DNA from: Gammaproteobacteria bacterium HGW-Gammaproteobacteria-14
GTDB lineage: Bacteria > Pseudomonadota > Gammaproteobacteria > Pseudomonadales > Alcanivoracaceae
DNA: 39,791 bases
Direction: 5' to 3'
NCBI GenBank assembly: GCA_002840115.1
Contig: PGZG01000001.1
Span: 1-39,791, forward strand
Below, piece after piece: positions 1 to 8,464 of this stretch. The translations under genes and the position numbers were made by a program. Within the stretch, counting starts at the first letter, position 1; each line of letters starts with the position of its first letter. The notes under the pieces were generated by a model that saw nothing but the letters and a program-made list of their open reading frames with translations, was not told the origin of the DNA and ran no database searches.

Positions 1-1291
1 TGGCTTTTTCAAACGCGGGCACTGCATCGTCGAGAATATTACTGGCCCCGGCGGACAAAGCCCTATCAGCCCACAGGCGTAGGGATTTTTCCCAGTCGCC
101 AACGACTTCGCCACTACGGCCTTCCTGCTGCTTCAGCTCCGGCGGCAAATCATCCACCAGCACTTCGCGCCCGGAAGCCATCACGGTAAGCCAACGACAA
201 ACGTTTTCCATTTGCCGAACATTGCCCGGCCAACCCAGGGAACTGAAGTAGCGCTCTGTGTCCTTGTGCAGGGTTTTCGCTTCCACGCCCAGCTCCCGTG
301 CGGCGCGCTGCAGGAAGTGGCGCGCCAGCCGGGGGATATCCTCTCGACGCTCCGCCAGCTTGGGAATATGAATACGAATCACATTGACCCGGTGGAACAA
401 ATCCTCACGAAAGTCCCCATCGGCCACCAGCTTCTCAAGGTTCTGATGGGTTGCGGCAATAATCCGCACATCCACCTTGATGGGACTGGTGCCCCCTACC
501 CGATAAAACTCACCTTCCTGCAAAACACGCAGTAATCGGGTTTGCGCCTCAATGGGCATATCGCCGATTTCATCAAGAAACAGGGTGCCGCCATTAGACT
601 GCTCGAAGCGGCCAATACGCTGGGCGTTGGCCCCGGTGAAACTGCCTTTTTCGTGGCCAAACAACTCCGACTCGATGAGATCCTTCGGGATCGCCGCCAT
701 GTTGAGGGCCACAAACGGCTTTTCTTTACGCACCGAATGCCGATGCAGAGCACGGGCAACCAGCTCTTTACCCGTGCCCGACTGGCCATTGATCAATACC
801 GTGACATTGGAGTGGGACAGCCGACCAATGGCGCGGAATACCTCCTGCATGGCCGGTGCTTCACCAATAATTTCGGTGGGCACTTCCAGCACCACCTCCA
901 CCGGCTCGCCTTGCTGCTCCGCACGATGGCGAATCGCACGCTTGACCAGCGCCACGGCCTCATCCACATCAAATGGCTTGGGCAAGTACTCAAAAGCACC
1001 GCCCTGATAGGAAGCCACCGCAGAGTCCAGATCCGAATGCGCGGTCATAATAATCACCGGCAGTTCAGGAAACTTGCGCTGCAAAATACGCAGCATCCTG
1101 AGACCGTCTGTGCCCGGCATACGGACATCCGAGATCAGGACATCGGGCTGGGAATCACCATTTTCCAATTCGTTGAGCGCTTCGTCGCCATCTTCAAAGC
1201 AGCGTGTCGCAAAACCATCCTGCCCCAGAGCCTTATCGAGTACCCAGCGAATTGAACGGTCGTCATCAATAATCCAGACGTTAGCACTCAT
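1..1291 (-). CDS. ntrC: Nitrogen regulation response regulator NtrC (3' end runs off the window)
   Basis: Manual translation from ATG 1291: MSANVWIIDDDRSIRWVLDKAL (receiver), GQSGTGKELVARALH (Walker A), FGHEKGSFTGA, FLDEIGDMP; ATGA overlap with the ntrB stop; absent from the ORF track because it is truncated. Confidence 0.96.
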   Translation of the reverse strand, partial: MSANVWIIDDDRSIRWVLDKALGQDGFATRCFEDGDEALNELENGDSQPDVLISDVRMPGTDGLRMLRILQRKFPELPVIIMTAHSDLDSAVASYQGGAFEYLPKPFDVDEAVALVKRAIRHRAEQQGEPVEVVLEVPTEIIGEAPAMQEVFRAIGRLSHSNVTVLINGQSGTGKELVARALHRHSVRKEKPFVALNMAAIPKDLIESELFGHEKGSFTGANAQRIGRFEQSNGGTLFLDEIGDMPIEAQTRLLRVLQEGEFYRVGGTSPIKVDVRIIAATHQNLEKLVADGDFREDLFHRVNVIRIHIPKLAERREDIPRLARHFLQRAARELGVEAKTLHKDTERYFSSLGWPGNVRQMENVCRWLTVMASGREVLVDDLPPELKQQEGRSGEVVGDWEKSLRLWADRALSAGASNILDDAVPAFEKA

Positions 1292-2385
1292 GAAGATTCA
1301 CCTTCTCCTTCCGGCGGCAACAACTCCAGCGGCAGAAAGACGCTGAATACGGTTTTTCCGGGACGGCTCTCACACTCGATCAGACCACGATGCTGACCAA
1401 TAATGGATTGCGAAATCGAAAGGCCAAGCCCCGTGCCATTGGCACGACCACTGACCATGGGGTAGAACAACATTTCCTTCAGCTCATCGGGCACTCCCGG
1501 CCCGCTATCTTCGATATCCACTCTTGCAACCAGTCGGTGTCGCAAGGAGCCGATGGTAAATTGCCGCAATGCCCGTGTTCTCAGCACCATGCGATTACTG
1601 GCCGCGCCAGCCTCAGTCATGGCCTGCACACCGTTGCGTACCAGATTCAGAAATACCTGTATTAACTGGTCCCGATCCGCAGGAGCCTCTGGCAAGGAAG
1701 GGTCATAGTCGCGGTCAATCACCAAATTGTCCGGATGCTCTGCCAACAGCAGCTGCCGCACATGTTCAAGACATTCGTGTAAGTTCACTTGGGTAAAGTG
1801 CGGCAGACGCCTTGGCCCCAGCATGCGATCAGCAATATTCCGCAGACGATCCGCTTCATCAATAATCACTCGGGTATATTCCGCCAGCTCCGCATCCGGC
1901 AGGGCCCTCTCCAGTAACTGTGCCGCCCCACGAATGCCACCCAAAGGGTTCTTCAGCTCGTGGGCAACGCCTCGGACCAGGGCGCGGGTCGCCTGATGGG
2001 AGTGCAATAACGCATCCTCCCGGGTAATTCGCAAAAGACGATCGAGCTGCTGCATCTCAATCAGCAGAGTCGGGAGCTGCCCGGGTTCATTGATCTGGCT
2101 AACGCTGTAATCCACCGTTATCTCCAACCCTGGGCCGGTATGTAACCGGGCCTCCCGACGGGTAAAAGGGTGAGCCTCATCAATGCATTTCTGCAGCGCC
2201 ATACGGGCTTCATCATCGGCGAGGAAATAATCCGGCAGCGGCGAACCAACAATCCGCGCAGCACTCACCGACAACAACGTTTCCGCCGCCGGATTCAAAT
2301 AGCGAACCACCAACTTGCCATCGAGCAGCAGCACCGCCGTCCGCAGGTGATCCAGGAGCCGTTTGTGAAATGAGGATTCAGTCAT
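1288..2385 (-). CDS. ntrB: Nitrogen regulation sensor kinase NtrB
   Basis: PAS-like N-terminus, H-box VAHELKNPLGGIRGAAQLLE, FYPMVSGRANGTGLGLSI; ATG 2385 chosen (ORF track extends to 2397). Confidence 0.96.
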   Translation of the reverse strand: MTESSFHKRLLDHLRTAVLLLDGKLVVRYLNPAAETLLSVSAARIVGSPLPDYFLADDEARMALQKCIDEAHPFTRREARLHTGPGLEITVDYSVSQINEPGQLPTLLIEMQQLDRLLRITREDALLHSHQATRALVRGVAHELKNPLGGIRGAAQLLERALPDAELAEYTRVIIDEADRLRNIADRMLGPRRLPHFTQVNLHECLEHVRQLLLAEHPDNLVIDRDYDPSLPEAPADRDQLIQVFLNLVRNGVQAMTEAGAASNRMVLRTRALRQFTIGSLRHRLVARVDIEDSGPGVPDELKEMLFYPMVSGRANGTGLGLSISQSIIGQHRGLIECESRPGKTVFSVFLPLELLPPEGEGESS

Positions 2386-2398
2386 CACTGCCTTCAAA

Positions 2399-2413
2399 GC
2401 AAGTTTCAGGCCA
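2399..2413 (-). promoter_or_regulatory. sigma54 -24/-12 promoter of ntrBC
   Basis: Minus strand TGGCCTGAAACTTGC, correct GG-N10-GC spacing. Confidence 0.65.
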
Positions 2414-2487
2414 TAGAAGAGTGCAGCCCGCGCACCGGGCAGGGGCAGGGTTATGCCGTGAATTTCGCGATTCTGCCGAAATCACCA

Positions 2488-2504
2488 TGCACCATAAAGG
2501 TGCA
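2488..2504. promoter_or_regulatory. NtrC binding site
   Basis: TGCACCATAAAGGTGCA matches TGCACC-N5-GGTGCA exactly. Confidence 0.85.
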
Positions 2505-2620
2505 AGTTAGCGGGTCAGCGCCATCAGGGGAAGGGAAATCAAAAAAACGGTGGCCGCAAACCATCGCTGCCAATAGCAAGCAGGGGTTACAAGGGCCGAT
2601 GCAGAAGCTTGTTGCAGTAG

Positions 2621-3262
2621 TTAAGGACGCTTGGGAGAGCTATCAGACCCCGTTAAGCCCCACGCCTCACGATCTTCCTCTTTCATGCCCACCTCCCATT
2701 CCTGAAGGCCAAAATCCGGACGATGCATCATGACGCTGGCGCGATGCACATAAACCACCACCGGCGCTGACTGTGATACTCGCTTGCCCTCGGCGTCGTC
2801 CACCACAAGCTGAAGCCGATGCTCACCACGCTCTGGTTGCACCAACTGAAACCCCGACAGTGGCGCTCCGTTATGAAGCACACGCAAGGAGTGACCCTCT
2901 CCAAGAGCAGGCTCCACAGACACTGAAATGGCAAGCGGTTCAGAGGGATTTTGAAATACAGCCTGGTCCACAGGAGAAGTGATGGCTAACTTATATTCCA
3001 CTGACACAGGCTCCGACTCTTCTTGAAGAGGAGCGCGCCGGGGTGGTGGCCGAGGTACTGTATTCAACGGCTTGAGCTCTACCTCCTGAGCCGGAAGATG
3101 CTCCGGCGGTGAGTCAGTAAATACCGTATTGCCATGCTCATCCACCATTCGATAGATACGCTTTACTCTTTCATCTGCAGCCGAGGCACTAACATCCTTC
3201 TCAACAGCATAGGAGGTTACGGAGACAATCATGGTAATCAACGGCGCAATCCAAAGCTTCAT
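2621..3262 (-). CDS. DUF4124-like secreted protein with C-terminal beta-rich (Ig-like) region
   Basis: Signal peptide; IYRMVDEHGNTVFTDSPP motif; Pro-rich linker; usual position between glnA and ntrB. Confidence 0.75.
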   Translation of the reverse strand: MKLWIAPLITMIVSVTSYAVEKDVSASAADERVKRIYRMVDEHGNTVFTDSPPEHLPAQEVELKPLNTVPRPPPRRAPLQEESEPVSVEYKLAITSPVDQAVFQNPSEPLAISVSVEPALGEGHSLRVLHNGAPLSGFQLVQPERGEHRLQLVVDDAEGKRVSQSAPVVVYVHRASVMMHRPDFGLQEWEVGMKEEDREAWGLTGSDSSPKRP

Positions 3263-3364
3263 GGTGCAGTCTCATTTCATTGATCATTCCATTCTGGGCT
3301 GACATAACGCTAAAAAAAAGCGTTTCATGCACATCTCCAACGGTTGCCCGTAAATCACGAGCAA

Positions 3365-3388
3365 CAAAAAAGGGCCCGAAGGCCCTTT
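3365..3388 (-). terminator. Rho-independent terminator of glnA
   Basis: Minus strand AAAGGGCC-TTCG-GGCCCTTTTTT, GC stem with UUCG loop and U tract. Confidence 0.85.
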
Positions 3389-3415
3389 CCTGTTCACGAG
3401 ACTAACGGGTATCCG

Positions 3416-4822
3416 TTAGACCGAGTAGTACATATCGAACTCGACCGGGTGCGGGGTCATGTTCAGGCGGTCTACGTCGGCACGCTTCAGGCCAATGTAA
3501 GCCTCCAGCATTTCCTTGGAGAACACGCCGCCTTTCAGCAGGAAGTCGTGATCGGCTTCCAGCGCATCCAATGCCATGGTCAGGGTGTGCGATACGGTCG
3601 GGATTGCTTTCGCTTCCTCGGCCGGCAGATCGTACAGGTCCTTGTCCATGGCATCGCCCGGGTGGATCTTGTTCTGGATACCGTCCAGACCTGCCATCAG
3701 CAGAGCCGCGAAGCACAGGTACGGGTTGGCGCCCGGATCCGGGAAGCGGGTCTCGATACGACGCGCCTTCGGGTTCTTAACGAAAGGAATACGGATCGAG
3801 GCAGAGCGGTTGCGAGCCGAGTAGGCCAGCATTACCGGTGCTTCAAAGCCCGGAACCAGACGCTTGTAAGAGTTGGTCAGCGGGTTGGTCAGCGCGTTGA
3901 TGGCGCGGGCGTGCTTGATGATACCGCCGATGTAGAACAGTGCGGTTTCAGACAGGCCACCGTAGACATCACCGGCAAACAGGTTCTTGCCATCCTTGCT
4001 CAAGGACTGGTGCACGTGCATACCCGAACCGTTGTCGCCAACCAGCGGCTTCGGCATGAAGGTAGCGGTTTTGCCATAGGCGTGAGCAACGTTGTGTACG
4101 CAGTACTTGAGGATCTGAACTTCGTCAGCCTTCTTCACCAGGGTGTTGGCGCCAACGCCGATTTCACACTGGCCAGCGGTGGCCACTTCGTGGTGATGCA
4201 CTTCAACGTGCAGGCCCATCTGGGTCATCGCTGCAGACATGGCCGCACGCAGATCATGCAGGCTGTCTACCGGCGGAACCGGGAAGTAACCACCCTTGAC
4301 GCGCGGACGGTGACCGCTGTTGGCACGCTCGAAGTCATCGCCGGAAACCCAAGCCGCTTCTTCAGAGTGGATCTGGTACATCTGGCCGCTCATGCCAGAG
4401 CTCCACTTGACGCCGTCAAATACGAAGAACTCCGGTTCCGGGCCGAACAGGGCGGTGTCGGCAATGCCGGTGGACTTCAGGTATTCCTCAGCGCGCTTGC
4501 CAATGGAACGCGGATCACGGTCGTAGCCCTGCATGGTGGCCGGCTCGACGATGTTGCAACGCACGATCACAGTGCTGACATCGGAGAACGGATCCATCAC
4601 GGAGGAGGAATCATCCGGCATCAGGATCATGTCGGACTCGTTGATATGCTTCCAGCCGGCGATGGACGAGCCGTCAAACATCTTGCCGTCTTCGAAGAAA
4701 TCTTCGCTAACGTCTGCAGCCGGGTAGGTCACGTGCTGCTCTTTACCGTGGCTGTCGGTGAAACGCAGGTCCACCCACTTGACGTCGTGCTCTTTGATCA
4801 AACCGATAGTTCTGCCAGTCAT
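3416..4822 (-). CDS. glnA: Glutamine synthetase type I
   Basis: [51 protein letters not shown], adenylylation loop [10 protein letters not shown]-terminus [12 protein letters not shown]. Confidence 0.99.
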   Translation of the reverse strand: MTGRTIGLIKEHDVKWVDLRFTDSHGKEQHVTYPAADVSEDFFEDGKMFDGSSIAGWKHINESDMILMPDDSSSVMDPFSDVSTVIVRCNIVEPATMQGYDRDPRSIGKRAEEYLKSTGIADTALFGPEPEFFVFDGVKWSSGMSGQMYQIHSEEAAWVSGDDFERANSGHRPRVKGGYFPVPPVDSLHDLRAAMSAAMTQMGLHVEVHHHEVATAGQCEIGVGANTLVKKADEVQILKYCVHNVAHAYGKTATFMPKPLVGDNGSGMHVHQSLSKDGKNLFAGDVYGGLSETALFYIGGIIKHARAINALTNPLTNSYKRLVPGFEAPVMLAYSARNRSASIRIPFVKNPKARRIETRFPDPGANPYLCFAALLMAGLDGIQNKIHPGDAMDKDLYDLPAEEAKAIPTVSHTLTMALDALEADHDFLLKGGVFSKEMLEAYIGLKRADVDRLNMTPHPVEFDMYYSV

Positions 4823-4908
4823 GATTGTGCGTCCTCCCGGAACGGCGTGAGTTTACCCGAGCCGACAGGAACGCCGGAGCGGGAGTTGGTTACTGTTAGT
4901 ACTAGTGA

Positions 4909-4923
4909 GCAAAATGCGTGCCA
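4909..4923 (-). promoter_or_regulatory. sigma54 promoter of glnA
   Basis: Minus strand TGGCACGCATTTTGC = TGGCAC-N5-TTGC consensus. Confidence 0.85.
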
Positions 4924-5004
4924 TCTGTCAGATGCGTAATTTCAGCACGATAGACAGCAGACCTGAAATGAAGCACCCCAAAAAAGAGCAGGATCTCACA
5001 GCAT

Positions 5005-5021
5005 TGCACCAAAATAGTGCC
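5005..5021. promoter_or_regulatory. NtrC enhancer site upstream of glnA
   Basis: TGCACCAAAATAGTGCC, near-consensus, about 80 bp upstream of the -24 box; weaker half-site AGCACC at 4972. Confidence 0.75.
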
Positions 5022-5076
5022 ATCAAGTCGAAAAACCCGGCCATGATACTCTCACCAAAGCCTGTGGTCTGCTTTT

Positions 5077-6054
5077 TTACGCCTCAGACCTGGAACCGAA
5101 GCGCTGCTGACAAAAACGAATCCGCTCTTGAGCACCCACCTCAATGCCCTGCTCCCGGCAGCGCTCCATTTCGGCCTCCACCGTCTGGCAGCGTTCCATC
5201 AAGCCCGCGTCATTGGCGATCTGGATATTCAGGCCCGGACGGGCATTAAGCTCAAGGATCATCGGCCCGGCATCGCAATCCAGCACCATATCAACGCCCA
5301 GATAGCCGAGGCCGGTAATATCGTAACTACGGCTAGCCAACTGCAGAAACTGCTCCCAATAGGGCAACTGCACTCCGGACACCGGGCTGGCGGTATCCGG
5401 ATGGCGGTCAATTTTCAGGTTATGCCAAGTCCCCCCCATAGTGATGCCCGAGGCCAGATCCACGCCGACCCCAATAGCTCCCTGATGCAGGTTAGCTTTG
5501 CCCTGACTCTGCCGGGTGGGCAACCGCAGCATGGCCATCACCGGATAACCGCAGAGAACAATAATGCGGATATCCGGAACGCCCTCAAAGCTGATGGCAG
5601 AAAACACATTATCCGGGCGCACCCGATACTCAATCAGAGCACAATCCCGATGCCCACCAAGGGAGTAAATCCCCGACAAAATGCCGGAAACATGGAATTC
5701 CAGTTCATCCAGACTCATCAGTCGACCCGACGAAGTCCGAAACATGCTATCGAAGCGGTCAGAGATCACCACAATACCGTCACCACCGGCGCCTTGAGCC
5801 GGCTTGATAACGAAGTCCCGGTGACCACTGAGCAGCGCGCCCAACCCGGCGATGCCCTGCTCAGTGGAAATCACGCCATAGAGCTCCGGCACCTCAATAC
5901 CGGCAGCAATGGCGCGCTGCTTGGTTTGCAGTTTGTCGTCCACCAACGGGTAAAGATGGCGGGGGTTATAACGCAACACCAGCTCACCATTACGTTGATT
6001 GATACCCAGCACACCTTTGCGACGCAAAGCCCGCCAGGTTTTTAGCCAGAACAT
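5077..6054 (-). CDS. Alpha-L-glutamate ligase-like ATP-grasp protein (RimK-related)
   Basis: LVDDKLQTK, FVIKPAQGAGGDGI, GVPDIRIIV, GKANLHQGA, GYLGVDMVLD, ILELNARPGLNIQIAN. Confidence 0.9.
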   Translation of the reverse strand: MFWLKTWRALRRKGVLGINQRNGELVLRYNPRHLYPLVDDKLQTKQRAIAAGIEVPELYGVISTEQGIAGLGALLSGHRDFVIKPAQGAGGDGIVVISDRFDSMFRTSSGRLMSLDELEFHVSGILSGIYSLGGHRDCALIEYRVRPDNVFSAISFEGVPDIRIIVLCGYPVMAMLRLPTRQSQGKANLHQGAIGVGVDLASGITMGGTWHNLKIDRHPDTASPVSGVQLPYWEQFLQLASRSYDITGLGYLGVDMVLDCDAGPMILELNARPGLNIQIANDAGLMERCQTVEAEMERCREQGIEVGAQERIRFCQQRFGSRSEA

Positions 6055-6111
6055 TCAGAGTCTCTCCACGGACCGAAGCACCGCATCATCACTTTCAATT
6101 TGATAAGCCTG

Positions 6112-7635
6112 TCAATCTTTTGTCAGCGCCCGGAAACGCCGCAATTCACTCAGGCGATATCCCCGATAGTGACCCATCAGCAACATCACGCTGACCACCA
6201 CAAGTAGTGCTCCGGGAAAGGTAAAGAAAAAGTAAGTCAAATCCGGACGAATCATCAGCAAATGAGCCAACGTTGCCGCCAACAAGGTGCCCAGTGCTAC
6301 TTTCATGGAGTGCAGACCGCCACGCTCCTCCCAAACAATCGACAATCGCTCAATCACCATGGTCAGAATGACCATCGGGAAAAGCGCCACGGATAATCCG
6401 CGTTCCAGGCCAAGCCTGTGACCGAATACACTGATCAGGGTGATCACCACCACTACAAAGGTGAGTACCACAGAAAGCCGGGGCAATAATTGAAGGCGCA
6501 GATGATCCAGATAGGAGCGTAGCGACAGCCCCAGCGCCGTCACCACAGTAAACAGGAAAATCCCCCAGATCAGGTCCGTTTCCCGAAATGCCAGCGCCAC
6601 CAGCACCGGTGTGAAGGTGCCCAGAGTTTCCACCCCAACCAGATTTCGCAACATCAGAATCAATAACACGCCCAGCGGAATCATCATGATGATCCGGAAT
6701 GTCTTTTGCGACTCCAGCGGCAAGTCATACAACGACAACCCCCAGAAAACCCGCTGCTGTAACGGCTGCACATTGCGCGCCATTTGAATGGTGCTCATTT
6801 CACTGCGATGCACGCTAAATTGCAGGCGAGGCAGGGAGGCGCCTTCAACCTGAACCAACGGGTCCGAGCCCGTCCACCAGACAATGCTCTGCTCCGGCAA
6901 ACCCTGCTCTGCCGTCAGCGGGTTCAGGTATAGCCAGGACTCGCCATTAAAACTTCTCAGCCACATTTCCGGGCTCACGGATTGGCCACTCAGTCTGAGT
7001 ACGTGCACCTGCTCCACTGGCACATGGGCAGCGCTTAACAGCATTTCCACCACCCGGGTGCGTTGCTCTACGGAGCGATCTCCAGCCAACAGCAAGCGGA
7101 CGCTGTCGTTAGTGTCATCGTTAACGGTGGCAATGGTTTCACTGACGAAGGTCTGAATATCTGCAGAACGCTCGCGAATTGGCCCCAGCAGGGCTTCTGC
7201 GGCAGCACGCTCTGCACCCTCAAGCGGCTCACTGGGGCGAAACTGCGGACTGCTCGCCGGGCCTCGCTCCACAACAAAGCGTCGTGCCAACACCAGCCGG
7301 TAATAGAGCACCTGCTTTCCTGCGGCCCGTCGGGTGGACCAGGTAGCCAGGCGATTGCCATTATGGGTAGAAACATTGATGCCGTATTTATTGCCGACAA
7401 AGCTTTCACTCAGGGTGACGAACTCACCTTTCCCGGAGGGCACATACATTTCCAGCTTGACCGGACTATTGTCCTCGCCCTGAAACTCGATACGTGCATC
7501 GACAATCCACACCGGATCCACCTCGGAATCCGACAGAGGGATTTCCTGCACCAATACTTGCCAGAGCACACTGCCCACACCAAGCAAACAAAGGAACAAC
7601 GCCAATAGGCGGGCATGCAGGCGCACGGTGCGCAT
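6112..7635 (-). CDS. Inactive transglutaminase-like domain fused to a 7-TM membrane domain
   Basis: N-terminal TM, large soluble region with a degenerate transglutaminase-like strand motif (EMWLRSFNGESWLYLNP) and no catalytic Cys, C-terminal multi-TM region with GTFTPVLVALAFRET and YRGYRLSELRRF. Confidence 0.88.
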   Translation of the reverse strand: MRTVRLHARLLALFLCLLGVGSVLWQVLVQEIPLSDSEVDPVWIVDARIEFQGEDNSPVKLEMYVPSGKGEFVTLSESFVGNKYGINVSTHNGNRLATWSTRRAAGKQVLYYRLVLARRFVVERGPASSPQFRPSEPLEGAERAAAEALLGPIRERSADIQTFVSETIATVNDDTNDSVRLLLAGDRSVEQRTRVVEMLLSAAHVPVEQVHVLRLSGQSVSPEMWLRSFNGESWLYLNPLTAEQGLPEQSIVWWTGSDPLVQVEGASLPRLQFSVHRSEMSTIQMARNVQPLQQRVFWGLSLYDLPLESQKTFRIIMMIPLGVLLILMLRNLVGVETLGTFTPVLVALAFRETDLIWGIFLFTVVTALGLSLRSYLDHLRLQLLPRLSVVLTFVVVVITLISVFGHRLGLERGLSVALFPMVILTMVIERLSIVWEERGGLHSMKVALGTLLAATLAHLLMIRPDLTYFFFTFPGALLVVVSVMLLMGHYRGYRLSELRRFRALTKD

Positions 7636-8228
7636 TAATTATCCTCTTGGTCTTCATTTTCAGGGCGGTAACGAACCGCATCATCGGCACCTTCGCAGAG
7701 CGGCTTGCCTGCGGACCACTCCATGTCGGAGTCCACCAACGCCCGCATTTCCCGTAGCGCTCCAGCCCCCAGCAATAATGGCTGTCGGAAGCGACGGCGA
7801 TCCGCGAGATTGACATCAACCTCCGCCGCTCGGTTACCAATACAGATCATCAGCGATAGCACCGGGCGACGAGCATAATCCTTGTCCTCCCCCTCCTCAT
7901 AGTCCCCCGCCCGACGACGGATACGAACATTGTGGGAGCGAGGCTGCTCAAGATCTCGCAAATCCATGCCATCCACCGCCAGATCAAAACGAACCCAAGG
8001 CTTACCATCACGGTTGAAATGGCGAACATTAATGGCACTCAAAGAAGAGCTGTGCGCGCCAGTATCCACCTTGGCCGGTAAAACCACCCCCAAGTCTGGC
8101 AGATAAACCTGCTCGTTTAGTCCGTAGATAACCTTGGCCGTGGGTACTGCGGGAGCAGCTGGCGCCCCATGGACGACCGTAGAGCACACCACCAACAGTA
8201 CCGCCACGCAATATGCATGGGTTTTCAC
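7635..8228 (-). CDS. Secreted retropepsin-like aspartic peptidase (family often called putative ATP-dependent zinc protease; RimB-like)
   Basis: Signal peptide, AKVDTGAHSSSL catalytic DTG, RRPVL, VNLADRRRFRQPLLLG; TAATG overlap with the next gene. Confidence 0.88.
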   Translation of the reverse strand: MKTHAYCVAVLLVVCSTVVHGAPAAPAVPTAKVIYGLNEQVYLPDLGVVLPAKVDTGAHSSSLSAINVRHFNRDGKPWVRFDLAVDGMDLRDLEQPRSHNVRIRRRAGDYEEGEDKDYARRPVLSLMICIGNRAAEVDVNLADRRRFRQPLLLGAGALREMRALVDSDMEWSAGKPLCEGADDAVRYRPENEDQEDN

Positions 8229-8420
8229 AGACTTCTCCTCTTACTACGTAGTCCCGATCCGACCCTTTCACCATACAGGGGTTCCTCAGCGGCGCTTTTC
8301 TGGGGCCAAGGGCAACACTTCAGGCAATAATGACATTAATCCCGACCGTCGGCACGGGCACCCGGAGAAAACCTCCCGACGGACGGCGATAAATCATTGG
8401 TATTGTGTCGGGGCGCGTAC

Positions 8421-8437
8421 TGCTATACTGCGCGCCC
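8421..8437 (+). promoter_or_regulatory. Extended -10 sigma70 promoter with GC-rich discriminator for typA
   Basis: TG-c-TATACT-GCGCGCCC about 30 nt before the start codon. Confidence 0.55.
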
Positions 8438-8464
8438 TTTTATTCCGCCTGCGGTAGAAAATCT

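Noticed and set aside
3344-4939. 531-aa ORF antisense to glnA
   Set aside because: Shadow ORF expected from the codon bias of a highly expressed GC-rich gene; no recognisable motifs. The same applies to antisense ORFs over ntrC, typA, hisA, htpG and the ligase
8405-8464. N-terminal extensions in the ORF track (typA, rhodanese, hisB, asmA, htpG, foldase, cysQ)
   Set aside because: Extensions run through promoter sequence, and family-typical N-termini begin at downstream start codons
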